In this document: one piece after another, positions 1-12,328 of the stretch | How the letters are laid out: each line of letters begins with the position of its first letter | How positions within the stretch are numbered: position 1 is the stretch's first letter | DNA from: Octopus vulgaris | Lineage: Eukaryota | DNA length: 64,000 bases | Direction of reading: 5' to 3' | NCBI GenBank assembly: GCA_951406725.2 | Contig: OX597824.1 | Location: forward strand, 96,162,001 to 96,226,000 | Made by a program: the position numbers and the translations under genes | The notes under the pieces: model-generated | Database searches by the model: none | The model's input: the letters and a program-made list of their open reading frames with translations, nothing else | Told to the model about the DNA's origin: nothing

Positions 1-126
1 ATGCAAGTTGGATGAAAATATTACAGTCAACATCTCTTCTCTTCAAATTAGGAATTTTTTTTTAATATCAATTAATTGAAGGTTATTGTTATTTACAGAG
101 ACAAAAAGAAAAAAAAAAGTGGTTAC

Positions 127-184
127 CTTATGAGGGCAGGGCACTGTACGGGGAACATCATCAGTAGGCTTTCTTGGTTTTATT
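127..184 (-). CDS. YY1: YY1 coding exon 3 (start of first C2H2 zinc finger); gene continues beyond window start
   Basis: Acceptor taattttag|A and donor AAG|GTAACC. Translates (R)IKPRKPTDDVPRTVPCPHK, compare vertebrate [21 protein letters not shown]. 58 nt, phase 2 to 0. Too short for the ORF track. Confidence 0.95.
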
Positions 185-996
185 CTAAAATTAAGAATAA
201 AGGTTCTTAGAATAATGTAAGTTCCTACTGAAAGCTAACTGGATTTCTTTACTAGCAGCATATTTTGTAAATAAAACATATGCAAAAATATACAGAAGAA
301 AGAAAGAATATGGAACTTAAAATGGACAAAGCAGAATCAGCATAAACAAAATGAAAAAATAGGAATTGGGTTGGAGAAGGGTCACATAAAACTGGGATCG
401 AAAAAATTTTGTCAAATTCAACGACTTAATAAGCTTTGTTTATCTATGCTAAGTATCTGGGATATGGATAATAATTACATCACAAAGACAGTTGCCAATC
501 TTTGTTCTTTTTTAGTTAGTAGCTAATCCCACAACAATGCAGAATTTTAAATGGTTTTTTTTTTTTCGTATTATAGCAATATGTAAAAGACACACACACA
601 CACACACACATAAAGGAGAAAAAAAATTAATAATAGTTATATTATTTTACATTCTATTATCTTTATAAATTTGAATTGTTTAAAATTGGTCAGTGATTAG
701 AGATAGGATTTCAGTCATAACAATCAATATGTTTAATGATGGGTTAATTTTTTTTATTAGTAAACTTACTAGATATGTGAAATCTGGAAAAGGAAAACTC
801 TAGTGATTAAAAGGAAAATAAGTCACAGAAATGTTTAAAAATCTAAAAGCTAAAACCATGACTGGTTACTACTAGACATATTCTTCAGCCACACTAAAAG
901 CATCTTTAAAACACCTGTAGGAAAGGAAAGAAATCAATTCTATATTCCTGAGATGAGGGAATTATATTATGCATACTGCTTATATTAATTAGTCAG

Positions 997-1311
997 ACTG
1001 ATATCCTCATCTTGATTGTTGCTTTCACTACATTTTGGCTGTTGTATGCTCCAGCCTTCTTCAGATGTTTTCGGTTGAACTCAGTTGTATCAGAATTTTG
1101 AACTTAACACTATTTGATCCATGGTACTAATTCACAAAAGATGTCACAAAATGCAGAGAGCAGAATGAGAACAGTGTACCCCCGTGGGTCAAATAAAGGG
1201 TTAGGCTCAAAATTCTGATAGAACCAAGTTCAACAGAAGAGATCTGAAGAAGGCTGGAATGTACAACAGCTGAAAAGTAGCAAAAGCAACCATCAAGATG
1301 AGGACACCAGT
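997..1311. mobile_element. Diverged foldback element (inverted Penelope-like termini)
   Basis: Arms about 997-1127 and 1174-1311 are imperfect reverse complements; each carries a decayed CTGAAGA-AGGCTG..CAGCY-RAAA motif. A related fragment lies at about 49810-49885. Confidence 0.65.
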
Positions 1312-2079
1312 TCAACAAATATAAACCGTGTACATACAAGAGAAATCAGCAATAATGGTTTTTACTTAAATAGTTAATATTTTGTTCAACAGGATGCAGT
1401 TTATTTACACACACACACACAGGAGAGAGAAACACTATAGACAGAAACAGAATACTTTCTGCTAAAAACTTGTCTAATAAACGAAAAGGCAGCCATAGCA
1501 ATGGTTAGTGCATTCATGAATTATAACATTGTGCGAGCGAGGAAAGAAAATCACTATGGAGAAATATTTATATATATTAGGTAAAAATTTGATTTATTAA
1601 GTCATTTTATATATAAAAAAAAAATTAATCCACAAAATTGGCAGAATCCTGTTTAAAGTGGCAGGGAGAGGTCTGGGGAATGGGTAAAATTAATAGCCAT
1701 GTATTTATTTACACCCGCCGCTTTGTAATTAGAAAAAGTTTTTAAGGGAGGAAGCAGACCACAAATATAATTGCTAACCTGATATCAAATTTACAGTAAT
1801 TCCTAGTTTCTCATGCCATAAATGGAGAGAATACCAAAGACATGCAACTCAAAACTAAAATCAAAGACTTAGCACCAATAACAAAACAGGTAATTTAGAT
1901 TCATAACTATTTTAATATATAATAAGCAAACCAAATAATAGTCTTTCGACTGCAAGAGCCAAAATAAGAACAAAAATATTTAAAAAAAAAAAACACATAA
2001 AAATAATAGGCTCAAATATAAGACAAGATTACATAAAAAGTGGACAAAAAGGAACCAGAAGCGTTCAACCTGTGCTTAC

Positions 2080-2149
2080 CCAGAAAGGCGCGAATGGTAA
2101 AGCCCATCCAGGTCAACGGTCAGGTCACGTTTTTCTTTCCTCGCACGTA
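2080..2149 (-). CDS. Candidate alternative (mutually exclusive or poison) exon of YY1
   Basis: Bounded by ccttctcttttacttaatctagtaacacctctacag| and |GTAAGC. 70 nt, GC/CpG-rich island in an AT-rich intron; open only in the phase 1 to 2 frame. No transcript evidence available. Confidence 0.5.
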
Positions 2150-3823
2150 CTGTAGAGGTGTTACTAGATTAAGTAAAAGAGAAGGTCTTTATCAAGCAGC
2201 CTCAGACAGAAAGGAGAAAGAAAGAGAGAGACAGACAGAGAGAGAGGATATGTGTGTGAGTGTTGTATGTGTTCAGAAAGAGGTAATAAACACCAGTTGA
2301 AATGCATGAAATGAGGTGTGTTTAGATTTTAACTGGCGATGGCTATAAGTTTGAGGAGCAGAAAATATATTCACTAGTGCTGCATAAAAAAGCAGTGGTG
2401 ATCACACAAGGACTAAGCATATTGTTAAAATTATGCTGCATTTATAGTTAATAGTATTGTCATTTGGACAAAAATTATGCTATCCTTAGAAAGGGCCCTA
2501 CAGCATTCTTCAAAAATAATCTATAACAAAATCTAATGTCTAGAAAAGAAGGCATATAAAATAAAACCCAATGAACAATTGTAATCTAAACTATACAGGT
2601 AAATTTCTAAAGGTGATAAAGATAATTAAACTAATATAGATAATGTCAATGAGTCAAAGAAATAAAGATGTAAAGTTATTTATTATATTGTTATTGATAT
2701 GAATACCTATAAAAAAACTATTATACTAAAAACATTTAAAATTCCCTTGTCTAATTAAAACAAAAGCCTAAATTCATTTTGAAGAGTCCTCAACAGTTTA
2801 ACATAAAACAAATTTTAAACATTATTCAACTATCTCAAAGAAAAACAACAAAGAACACTTATTTAAACCATTTTGGTTGATCAAAATATAATTTTCCAAC
2901 TAATATTTCTGCATAACACCAGTTACATTTTTAATACAATATAAATTATTACCACCACCATCACTTAAGGGCTTCTGACACACACATATATACACTTCTA
3001 AACAGTGTTAATAAGTTGATATCAAAAACATCTTCGTTACCTTCAAATTAAAATCAATTTATGCCAGTACTGGAGACATTAATACAACAGTAAAAGAGCT
3101 AAATGTGATCTGCTTCCAATAGAAACAGCTACATCTCTATTTATTTTTAGTAAAGTAAAGAAACTTGTGGAAAATAATTTCAGATATATAATCGAAAGTT
3201 TTATAAGAAAAGATCAGGATAAAATCTCACACAAGCAATGCCTGGTGTAACATGCAAAAAAGCATGCTGGCTCTAATTCCTGCCATTATTCTAACCAATA
3301 TCATTTCCTATAAGTTTATGTGTGTATATGTCTGTGTGTGTGAGAGCACATTATATATATATATATATAGTTACAAGTGTTTTTCTGGGAGGGGAAAAAA
3401 TGTATTTGAGAAATGATTTGTGCAGAAGTGAAATAAAGAAGCCATTAGTTGCCATAAAATTTTCAAGCATGAAAACTATTTCTGTTTACAGATTTGGGGC
3501 TAGAAAAGTTTGTGAAATATCACTTTTGTATCAGCATTTAATTTTTTTTTAAATAAAGCATATTCATAAATATTTACATGCTGTGACACATTTTCAATTT
3601 TTTAATTAATCTTCCCTTTCGAAAGCTTTGAAGACAAGCATTCATTTACTTTGCAGCTCGTAAACATTATCAATTCATTAATTTCCAAACAACTGACAAC
3701 TAATGAACAACTTAGTGGGAGGTGATGTGGTGGAATAGTGATAGAATATTGAAAAATTCAAATCTTAAATCAAACATTTTCACAGAAGGCCAGAAACAGC
3801 ATTGCAACTATATTGATAGCTTA

Positions 3824-4042
<219 letters not shown>

Positions 4043-4288
4043 TCAGATCTTCAACCGTGACTTACTTAGGCCAATCAAACCAACTCCATCCTAAATCTCT
4101 TTACTCAACTAATAGCAAATATCCTCCCACTTCTGGGTTCCCATTTCAAAGAAAAACATCTGACACATCAAATTCGTTGCATACATGTTCTGTTAGCGAT
4201 TATGCCGTTATCTTCATTTTTTTTTAATGTACTTATTTCTAAGAAAAAGCTGTGTCTTGCAGTCCCATCAGGCCCACTTGGTCTAGAA

Positions 4289-4512
4289 CAAGGTTTCTCA
4301 ACTGGAATCCATAGAAGATTTTGCTGTTAAACTGATCATATACTTCTACAATACACAAAATATTTTCAGTATTTTTTTTTTATAAAATTCCAAATATTTA
4401 ACTATGAAAATATAATGGGATTTTTTTTAAAACATTGAATGGTTATCGGGGTCCACCCAAATAAAATAAGGATCAAAGGGGTCCATTGGTAAAAAGAGGT
4501 CAAGAACCACTG
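4289..4512. mobile_element. hAT (Charlie-like) MITE
   Basis: Termini CAAGGTTTCTCAAC...GTCAAGAACCACTG flanked by 8-bp TSD-like GTCTAGAA / ATCTAGAG (NTCTAGAN target typical of Charlie). Confidence 0.75.
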
Positions 4513-4550
4513 ATCTAGAGAATAAGAAGTCACTACATCTTAAACATCAA

Positions 4551-4737
4551 TTCTTTTATTTGTTTCAGTCATTTGACTGCGGCCATGCTGGAGCACCGCC
4601 TTTAGTCAAATAAACCGATCCCAGAACTCCGTCTTTGTAAGCCTAATACTTACTCTATTTGTCTCTTTTGCCGAACTGCTAAGTTATGGGGACATAAACG
4701 CACCAACATCAGTTGTCAAGCGATATTGGGGGTACAA

Positions 4738-4774
<37 letters not shown>

Positions 4775-4809
4775 CACGATGGGCTTCTTTCAGTTTCCAT
4801 CTACCAAAT
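4551..4809 (-). mobile_element. tRNA-derived CORE-type SINE (family A), head-truncated
   Basis: Matches the body and tail of the full-length family A copies (e.g. 20541-20930). Confidence 0.85.
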
Positions 4810-5062
4810 GTCTAGCATCTGTGTTGCATATATGTGGTGCTGACAAAAGTTTTGTTTGTGTAAGGAGAGCTGCAAGTGGTTAAAGTTGATGAGGTCAGAC
4901 CTGGTTTGTGTCACCACAACATCAACTTACTGAACCGATGAAGAACTCATTCCAGATTTTGACATCAGCAGAAACTGAATATCCTTTCAACACTGTCAAT
5001 GGTACAAAACACCAGATAACAAGTACAGAATGATGCCACTGTCGAGTGAGTCTAAGCTGAGA

Positions 5063-5345
5063 TCATCATATAACATCTGCTTTCCATGCTAGCATGGGTT
5101 GGACGATTTGACTGAGGACTGGCGAACCAGATGGCTGCGCCAGGCTCCAATCTGATCTGGCAGAGTTTCTACAGCTGGATGCCCTTCCTAACACCAACCA
5201 CTCAGAGAGTGTAGTGGGTCCTTTTACGTGCCACCAGCACGAGGGCCAGTCTGGCGGTACTGGTGACGGCCACGCTCAAAATGGGGTTTTTTACGTGCCA
5301 CCTGCACAGGAGTCAGTCCAGCGGCACTGGCAATGACCTCGCTCA
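5063..5345 (-). mobile_element. (GAT)n-tailed retroposon (family C, RTE-like 3' end)
   Basis: Shared motif ccatgctagcatgggttggac...acagctggatgcccttcctaa..ccaaccact. Other copies at about 5972-6140, 7998-8190, 23825-24100, 27970-28115, 36340-36768, 55265-55480 and 55811-56004. Confidence 0.75.
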
Positions 5346-7312
5346 ATGTAAGAGAATACTGTGACAGAGGACTTCTTTGGCTTGTTTTGGGTGAGACAGA
5401 AATTTGATAGGTGGGTGGGGTTAGAGTTAGTATGTGGCTGTGTCTTAAAAACTGAGGAACAGTATTGTTACATTGCGATGAGTTGAAGACAGATGTACAG
5501 GCTGAATTAGAAGGAGAAGCAAATAAAACTGGCCCACTGTGATATCCCAATGAATTAAGGAGAGATTGCATTGTTGAATTTAACATAAGTTTACCACCCT
5601 GAGAGGTTGTTCAATAGAGGAAGTGAGTGGTAGTTCTTAGCTAGTTCAAATGCTTTGCTAATCCAATAAAGCAAACAATATTTTCATTTGCAAATGTTCA
5701 AAATATTGACAAGAGGAAGTATAAACACGACTTCACCAACAAAAATAATAACAAATTTTTAAATATTTCCTAGAAGACATTTTATAGCAAGGTGCTATAT
5801 TTAATACAATCAAAACTAAATGCTCGCAAACACACAAAGGCTCAGACTTATGACAATAGATAGCAATTCATAATGATCTGTCACCTTGATTCACTGCAAA
5901 TTTCTTGCTACATAACACGATACCCTTCGTAACAAAAACAAAACTCAGAAGTATTATCAAGTTTTATGTATATCATCGTCGTTTAACATCCGTTGTTCAT
6001 GTTGGCATGGACTGGACAGTTTGACCAAAATTGGTACGGCTGGGGAGCTGCACCAGACACCAATCTGATTTGGCATCGTTTCTACAGCTGGATGCCAACA
6101 ACTTTACAGAGTGTACTGGGTGCTTTTACATGGTGACACCACCAGAAGGATCAGTCTAAACACTTCTGCTGCGGAGTATGGAAAAACGCCAGGCATCTTG
6201 ATCCTTGGTGCATGCATGGTTTTGTGGGTGAAGAGCTTGCTTCCCAGTCATGTTATCTTCTAATATATCCCCAGACAAACCACCAAAGATTTGCAAGTGC
6301 ATTTGGTAGGTGGAAAGTGAAAGACGGATGCTGTGTGTCAGTGTGTTTTTAATATATTCACACACACACACACACACAATTTGGAGAAAATCATTACAGG
6401 AAGAGACAGAATGCCGTGCAGTATTTGTTCCAGTTCCCTACATTTCAAGTTCAAATCATGTCTTTTTCTCCCCATCCCCCAAGGGTTTTTGAGACTATTC
6501 AAGAAAAAAAAAAGGTGTGGGAAATCATTAAGCAGGCGCCCCAGTACTTTCAGCTTACCATTTTCAATGGCAACATGCAGGTTGGCAGGAGAAATGCAAG
6601 AGGTTTGTCATATATAGTAGAAACAATAATGAAGTTACATTTTTGAAAGAAAAATGGAAAAAAAAAGCAAATATGTCGTATGCCAGTAATTTAACCATAA
6701 ATATCCCAGACTACCTGAAACCTTCCATTGTAATTTTACTTAAACCCCTTTACAGCATCACCATAATAAATATTTTACACTTGCTTTCCATGCTGGTAGG
6801 AGTTGCACAAATCATCATAATCCAAGTCAGATCCTTTTTGGAATTACTGCCCTCCTAGAAGGTACTTGAAGGGCTATAAACCCAAACCTGATGAACATGG
6901 CAATAGAGAAACTATTCAAAAGACAACAAAAGCTATTAAATAATCCGAGCTGGAGATAATAAACTATACACACAATTTTTATAGAATATATTAATACCGC
7001 AAAAGGATTTTGTTTGCATTAATGATTTCTAGAGTAGACACAAGGCCACAAATTTTGGAAAGCAAGCAGTTAATTACTTTCATGTGTGCATAAAGTGGAC
7101 AGAATTTGTTGACATGGATTTTCAATGGTCAGATGTCCTTCCTGTTGCCAAACCTCACCTGTTTCCAAGTAAGGCAAGTTTCCCACATGGCTGGACATGC
7201 TTTCACGTAACCTTGGAAACAAAGGATACAGCTTCATTTATAACTATCACAAAATGCCAACCCAAGGAGGCACCAACTCACACATACATAATATATACAC
7301 ATTTTTATATAT

Positions 7313-7617
7313 GTGGCTGTGTGGTAAGACACTTGCTTCCCAACCGCATGGTTCTGGGTTCAATCCCACTGCATGGCACCTTGGACAAGTGTCTTCTACT
7401 ATAGCCTCAGGCCAACCAAAGCCTTGACTGGATGTGGTAGATGGAAATTGAAAGAAGCCCATCACCACTTGACAACTGGTGTTGGTGTATTTGCATCTCT
7501 GTGACTTAGCAGTTAGGCCTAAGAGACCAACAGAATAAGTACTAGGCTTAAAAAATAAAGTCCTGGGGTCAATTTGTTCAACTAAAACCCTTCAATGCAG
7601 TGCTCCAGTATGGCTGC
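7313..7617 (+). mobile_element. CORE-type SINE family A, diverged
   Basis: A-box-like TGGCTGTGTGG, B-box-like GGTTCAATCCC, then ACCTTGGACAAGT core. Confidence 0.8.
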
Positions 7618-9556
7618 AAGCTTCTTACTACACAGCCACTCCTGTGTGTGGGGATACTTTCTTGATATTTTAATGGTCAAGGTGTTAGAAATTGATTTTA
7701 AGTTTCAGTAGGATTTAAGTACGTTGCTTGTGTTGAGATGTTAAAATGAATTTTGTTATGAATAACATCACTCAAATATCTAAACAGTTTATATTTTGAG
7801 TATTTCGGTTTCCATGTTTTAGGGAAACTAGCAGATGAATGTTTAGGCCGTTTCAAGTCTAGATTTTAGATTCTACCTAATATTATAGTCCGACATGTCT
7901 TATGTTTTGACTGTGGATCAATGATATACTTCTTGTAATTTTCTCCTGTATCATGTTTTGCCATAGAATTCTCAGAAGTATTAATCTCTACTCTACCCCT
8001 GTGCCGGTGGCACGCAAAAAGCACCCACTACACTCACGGAGTGGTTGGCATTAAGAAGGGCATCGAGATGTAGAAACACTGCCAGATCAGACTGGAGCCT
8101 GGTGCAGCCTCCTGGCTTCCCAGACCCCGGTCGAACAGTCCAACCCATGCTAGCACAGAAAACGGATGTTAAACGATGATGATGATGATGGTTGTAGCTA
8201 TATCTTCTAAGTGCTGTGTGAACTACATTGTGGGAGTTGCTGTCTTTAAGTCTTATGAAGGAGGACTATGTGTTTGATGTCCCCTGTAGAGTGGAAGCCG
8301 TACTATTGCATGATGTTACCGGTTGGTTATTATTATCTAAAAGGTTCCATCCCAGAGTGATCGTACATAGTAAGTGGCATCTACTTGTGTTACTTAGAAA
8401 GGCCAACAGTGATGAATTTGTTTGGCATGGCAGTTGCTCTTAAGGAAGTAGGATTTTTGACCAATGTTAGTTTTAGCAGATATAGACGAAAGAAAGGTAT
8501 TGTTGATTAAAAGACAATTCCTCCCTTGCAACAACAATATAATCCAAAACAATGCCAAAGTCGAACAGATTTTTCTCATGTTAACCTATCTTAAAAGCAG
8601 CAAGAGCACGTTCAACAAAATTTTCCAGGATTAGAGACAGTTGATGAATGTGAGTTTGCTGAGTTAATTAATAACCGTTATCCTAACAACTGATATTGTC
8701 GTCCCTCTAGAGAGAAACTTACCTTCTATTGTCAGGTTTTCAGAGAAATAACATGAAATGGATGTTGAGGATAAAATTATAAGGTAAATAGCATATTTTA
8801 TTAGAACTACTAGTAAACATTCCCACAGTTGAACAAGCTTTGCTTTGAATGTTTTATCAAGATAATCAAAATAAACCAGTCACTGCTCATATATTTCTAA
8901 TAGTAAAAAGTCAAATTATGAAAGAATCTTGAAAGTAATATTTAATTTAAATGTCACATAAATTAAATAAATGGACAAATTACAGGTGTGGATGTATGGC
9001 TAAAACGTTCGCCGGTAATTACTGGTCTTTATTTGTTTTATTAAACCCTTCAAGGCGGTGCCCCAGTATGGCCACAGCCCAATGATTGAAACAAGGGAAT
9101 AAAAGATGCCAATTACTCAGAAGGGTCTATTGAATTCGGTGTAGCTACATTTCACATAATTAAACGATGAAAAAACATCCATCTTACACACACACACTCA
9201 ATGTTAATGAAAACAAATTTACAATTGTTTTCGTATCGATCCAGACCCGACTGCATCACTCGACACACAACTCGCTGATGAAGCAACGCAATTTTTACCA
9301 TCATCAAAACACATGAATAAAAAAAGCTCCGTTCAGTCCGGGTTTTTATTTTTCTTTAAATCTTTCATCTATTTTCAAATATTTTCGGTTATTTTTATGG
9401 GTACACAATAAGCCTTCAGGATTTACAAAAATTATTTCTTGGGATGCTAGATTGTGTATTTACCTGTCGTAAACCTTATTTTTTTGTTAATCATTAATTT
9501 TAAAAACCAAAAGAGCTTCTGTGGCATTCGTAAATTATATTTTGGTATACCAAAGA

Positions 9557-9793
9557 GGTACTACTCGAGAACAGTGGTCCCGGTGCGCGCACTCGCGCTA
9601 GCTAGTCATGACTAGCCGATCCTTTGTGTTATTTACTTCGTTTAAAAATAATTTACTTTAACAAAAATTACTTATTTTGTGTTTTATTTACTTTGCTAGG
9701 GAGTCGTTGTAGGATCGACTAGTCACGACTAGCTAGCGCTGATGCGCGAATACGCGAGTGCGCGCACCGGGACCACTGTTCTCAAGTAGTACC
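9557..9793. mobile_element. CpG-rich TIR MITE with GG..CC ends (Merlin-like)
   Basis: 41-bp TIR GGTACTACTCGAGAACAGTGGTCCCGGTGCGCGCACTCGCG (1 mismatch) plus an inner 29-bp IR. Flanked by an identical 28-bp direct repeat. The superfamily assignment is tentative. Confidence 0.8.
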
Positions 9794-10985
9794 CGTAAAT
9801 TATATTTTGGTATACCAAAGATAGTGTGATTGTTTAGCCCAGGGAGTGCAAACCTTCGATCAAAGGCATTCCAGACACGATCATTTTATCTTTATTTGAA
9901 ACACATTGTCTAAGGGACTGCATTGTCCTGCGGTTTGATGGCGATTTCGTTGCTATTTCTAGCAGGTTGACCCTTGTGAATCCCGCAGAATAATCAGATT
10001 GTATTGTGCAAAGCAACGGAATATAGTTTTAGATTAAATGCACCAACGATTTTAACAAGTTTATAGCACAGGATTCGTTGGTATATTAGAAAAAAAGAAA
10101 GCCATCAACATCCGAACGCTTCCTCTAAATTTTTAATGACAATATCTTAACGTTTACGGAAGTGATGAAGGAGCAGGATTGTTGTTTTGGGTTGGACAAG
10201 AATAACAATAATAAGCTACTTGTATCGAGAAAGGAACGAAGAATACGAAGGAATAAACATTTCAAAATAAATCCATCATAATTTTACAAGCGTAGAAAAT
10301 AAACCAGACACGTAAAAGAAAACGATGAGAGAAATTACGCCATAAGAAATGGTTTAACACATCTTCTTCTTTAAGTGAATGTTGTAGCGTTATATTACCG
10401 TAAACACAAAACCAATTCATATTTGAGTGATAAGGGAAAATAGTATTTTCTTCCCTTTCGAAGATGTATAATATAAAAATTAAAAATCAACAAAAGCTGG
10501 TAGTGAAACTGCCCGTCTTTATCACCCGACTTATTTCGTTACACGGCAGCTACAAAATTTTTTAAATGCAGATAATAACCAATCGTTTATTTCAGAAAGC
10601 ATTAATCGATTTATATACACGAAACAACGTTTAAAATTATAGAGTTTGTTTAATTTTTATTTACAGATCAACTTACCTAGACCGAGTGAAAAATCGTGAA
10701 ATATACATTCACACAGCAGCGCGCACTTGCTGGCAGCCATGAAGCACACACACACAGACAAACACACAGACACATACATACGTATACAAACACATAGACA
10801 ATAGTGAAGAGACTCTGCAACATATCATGGAAATTCGACCAGTTTAAAGCTTGATTCGAAAATTAAATATCATACAACTATACTATAAGTTGTTATGGAA
10901 ATTTCTCACTGAAATTTATCGCGCTAATCAAGTTCTCGCTTGAGTATTTCCCTGCGAATTTCAAGGACGACCAAGTTAGTGTTCA

Positions 10986-11180
10986 CAAAAATGGCCGCCA
11001 TCCGCCATAACATATTTTCCGCCATATTCTCAGAATATGGCGGCGCCCATGGAAATCATGATGGCCGACTTCAAAATCAAAACAAACATGTGTTTAGCGG
11101 ACAATATTCATCAAAGATGACTCAAAATAGGCTCCAGCTTCCTTTAAAATGAATACAGAGCGGCTACATAAAATGGCCCA
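10986..11180. promoter_or_regulatory. Cluster of YY1-binding motifs in YY1 intron 1
   Basis: CAAAAATGGCCG, CCGCCATCC, CCGCCATAA, CCGCCATATT, AATATGGCGG, TGATGGCCG and AAAATGGCCC within about 200 bp. The YY1 consensus is AANATGGCG / CGCCATNTT. Confidence 0.8.
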
Positions 11181-11372
11181 GTTTGTGGCTTACGTCACAG
11201 AGAAGCTATGACCTTTTCAACATAGATTTATTGACTTTCTTTCTCGAACGGCAGCTTATCGGTCGGGAGTGTGACGGAAAGACTCAATGTAAGCAAGAAA
11301 CGATGTCGAGTTAATAAAAATAATAAGCGTATTCGGAATGATAGAAAACAGATAATCAAAGTAGAGAAATCA

Positions 11373-12246
<874 letters not shown>

Positions 12247-12328
12247 ATGGGTGCCAAAGTTTCTAGGACAGATTTTGAGTGGTCTTACACCCAAGAACCA
12301 CATGCTTCACGGAGAAAAGCAATCATGG
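12247..12328 (+). CDS. DEGS1: Sphingolipid delta(4)-desaturase (DEGS1/DEGS2 family) coding exon 1
   Basis: [27 protein letters not shown], the DES N-terminal domain with a Gly2 myristoylation site; donor G|GTAAGG; 82 nt. Missed by the ORF track. Probably co-orthologous to vertebrate DEGS1 and DEGS2. Confidence 0.96.

Noticed and set aside
6888-6918. CTGATGA...GAAAC hammerhead-like spacing
   Set aside because: No convincing stem II or stem I pairing; treated as chance or too decayed.
10940-11152. 70-aa ORF with Kozak-like AAAATGGCC in YY1 intron 1
   Set aside because: The ATGGC runs are better explained as YY1 DNA motifs; the peptide resembles nothing recognisable.
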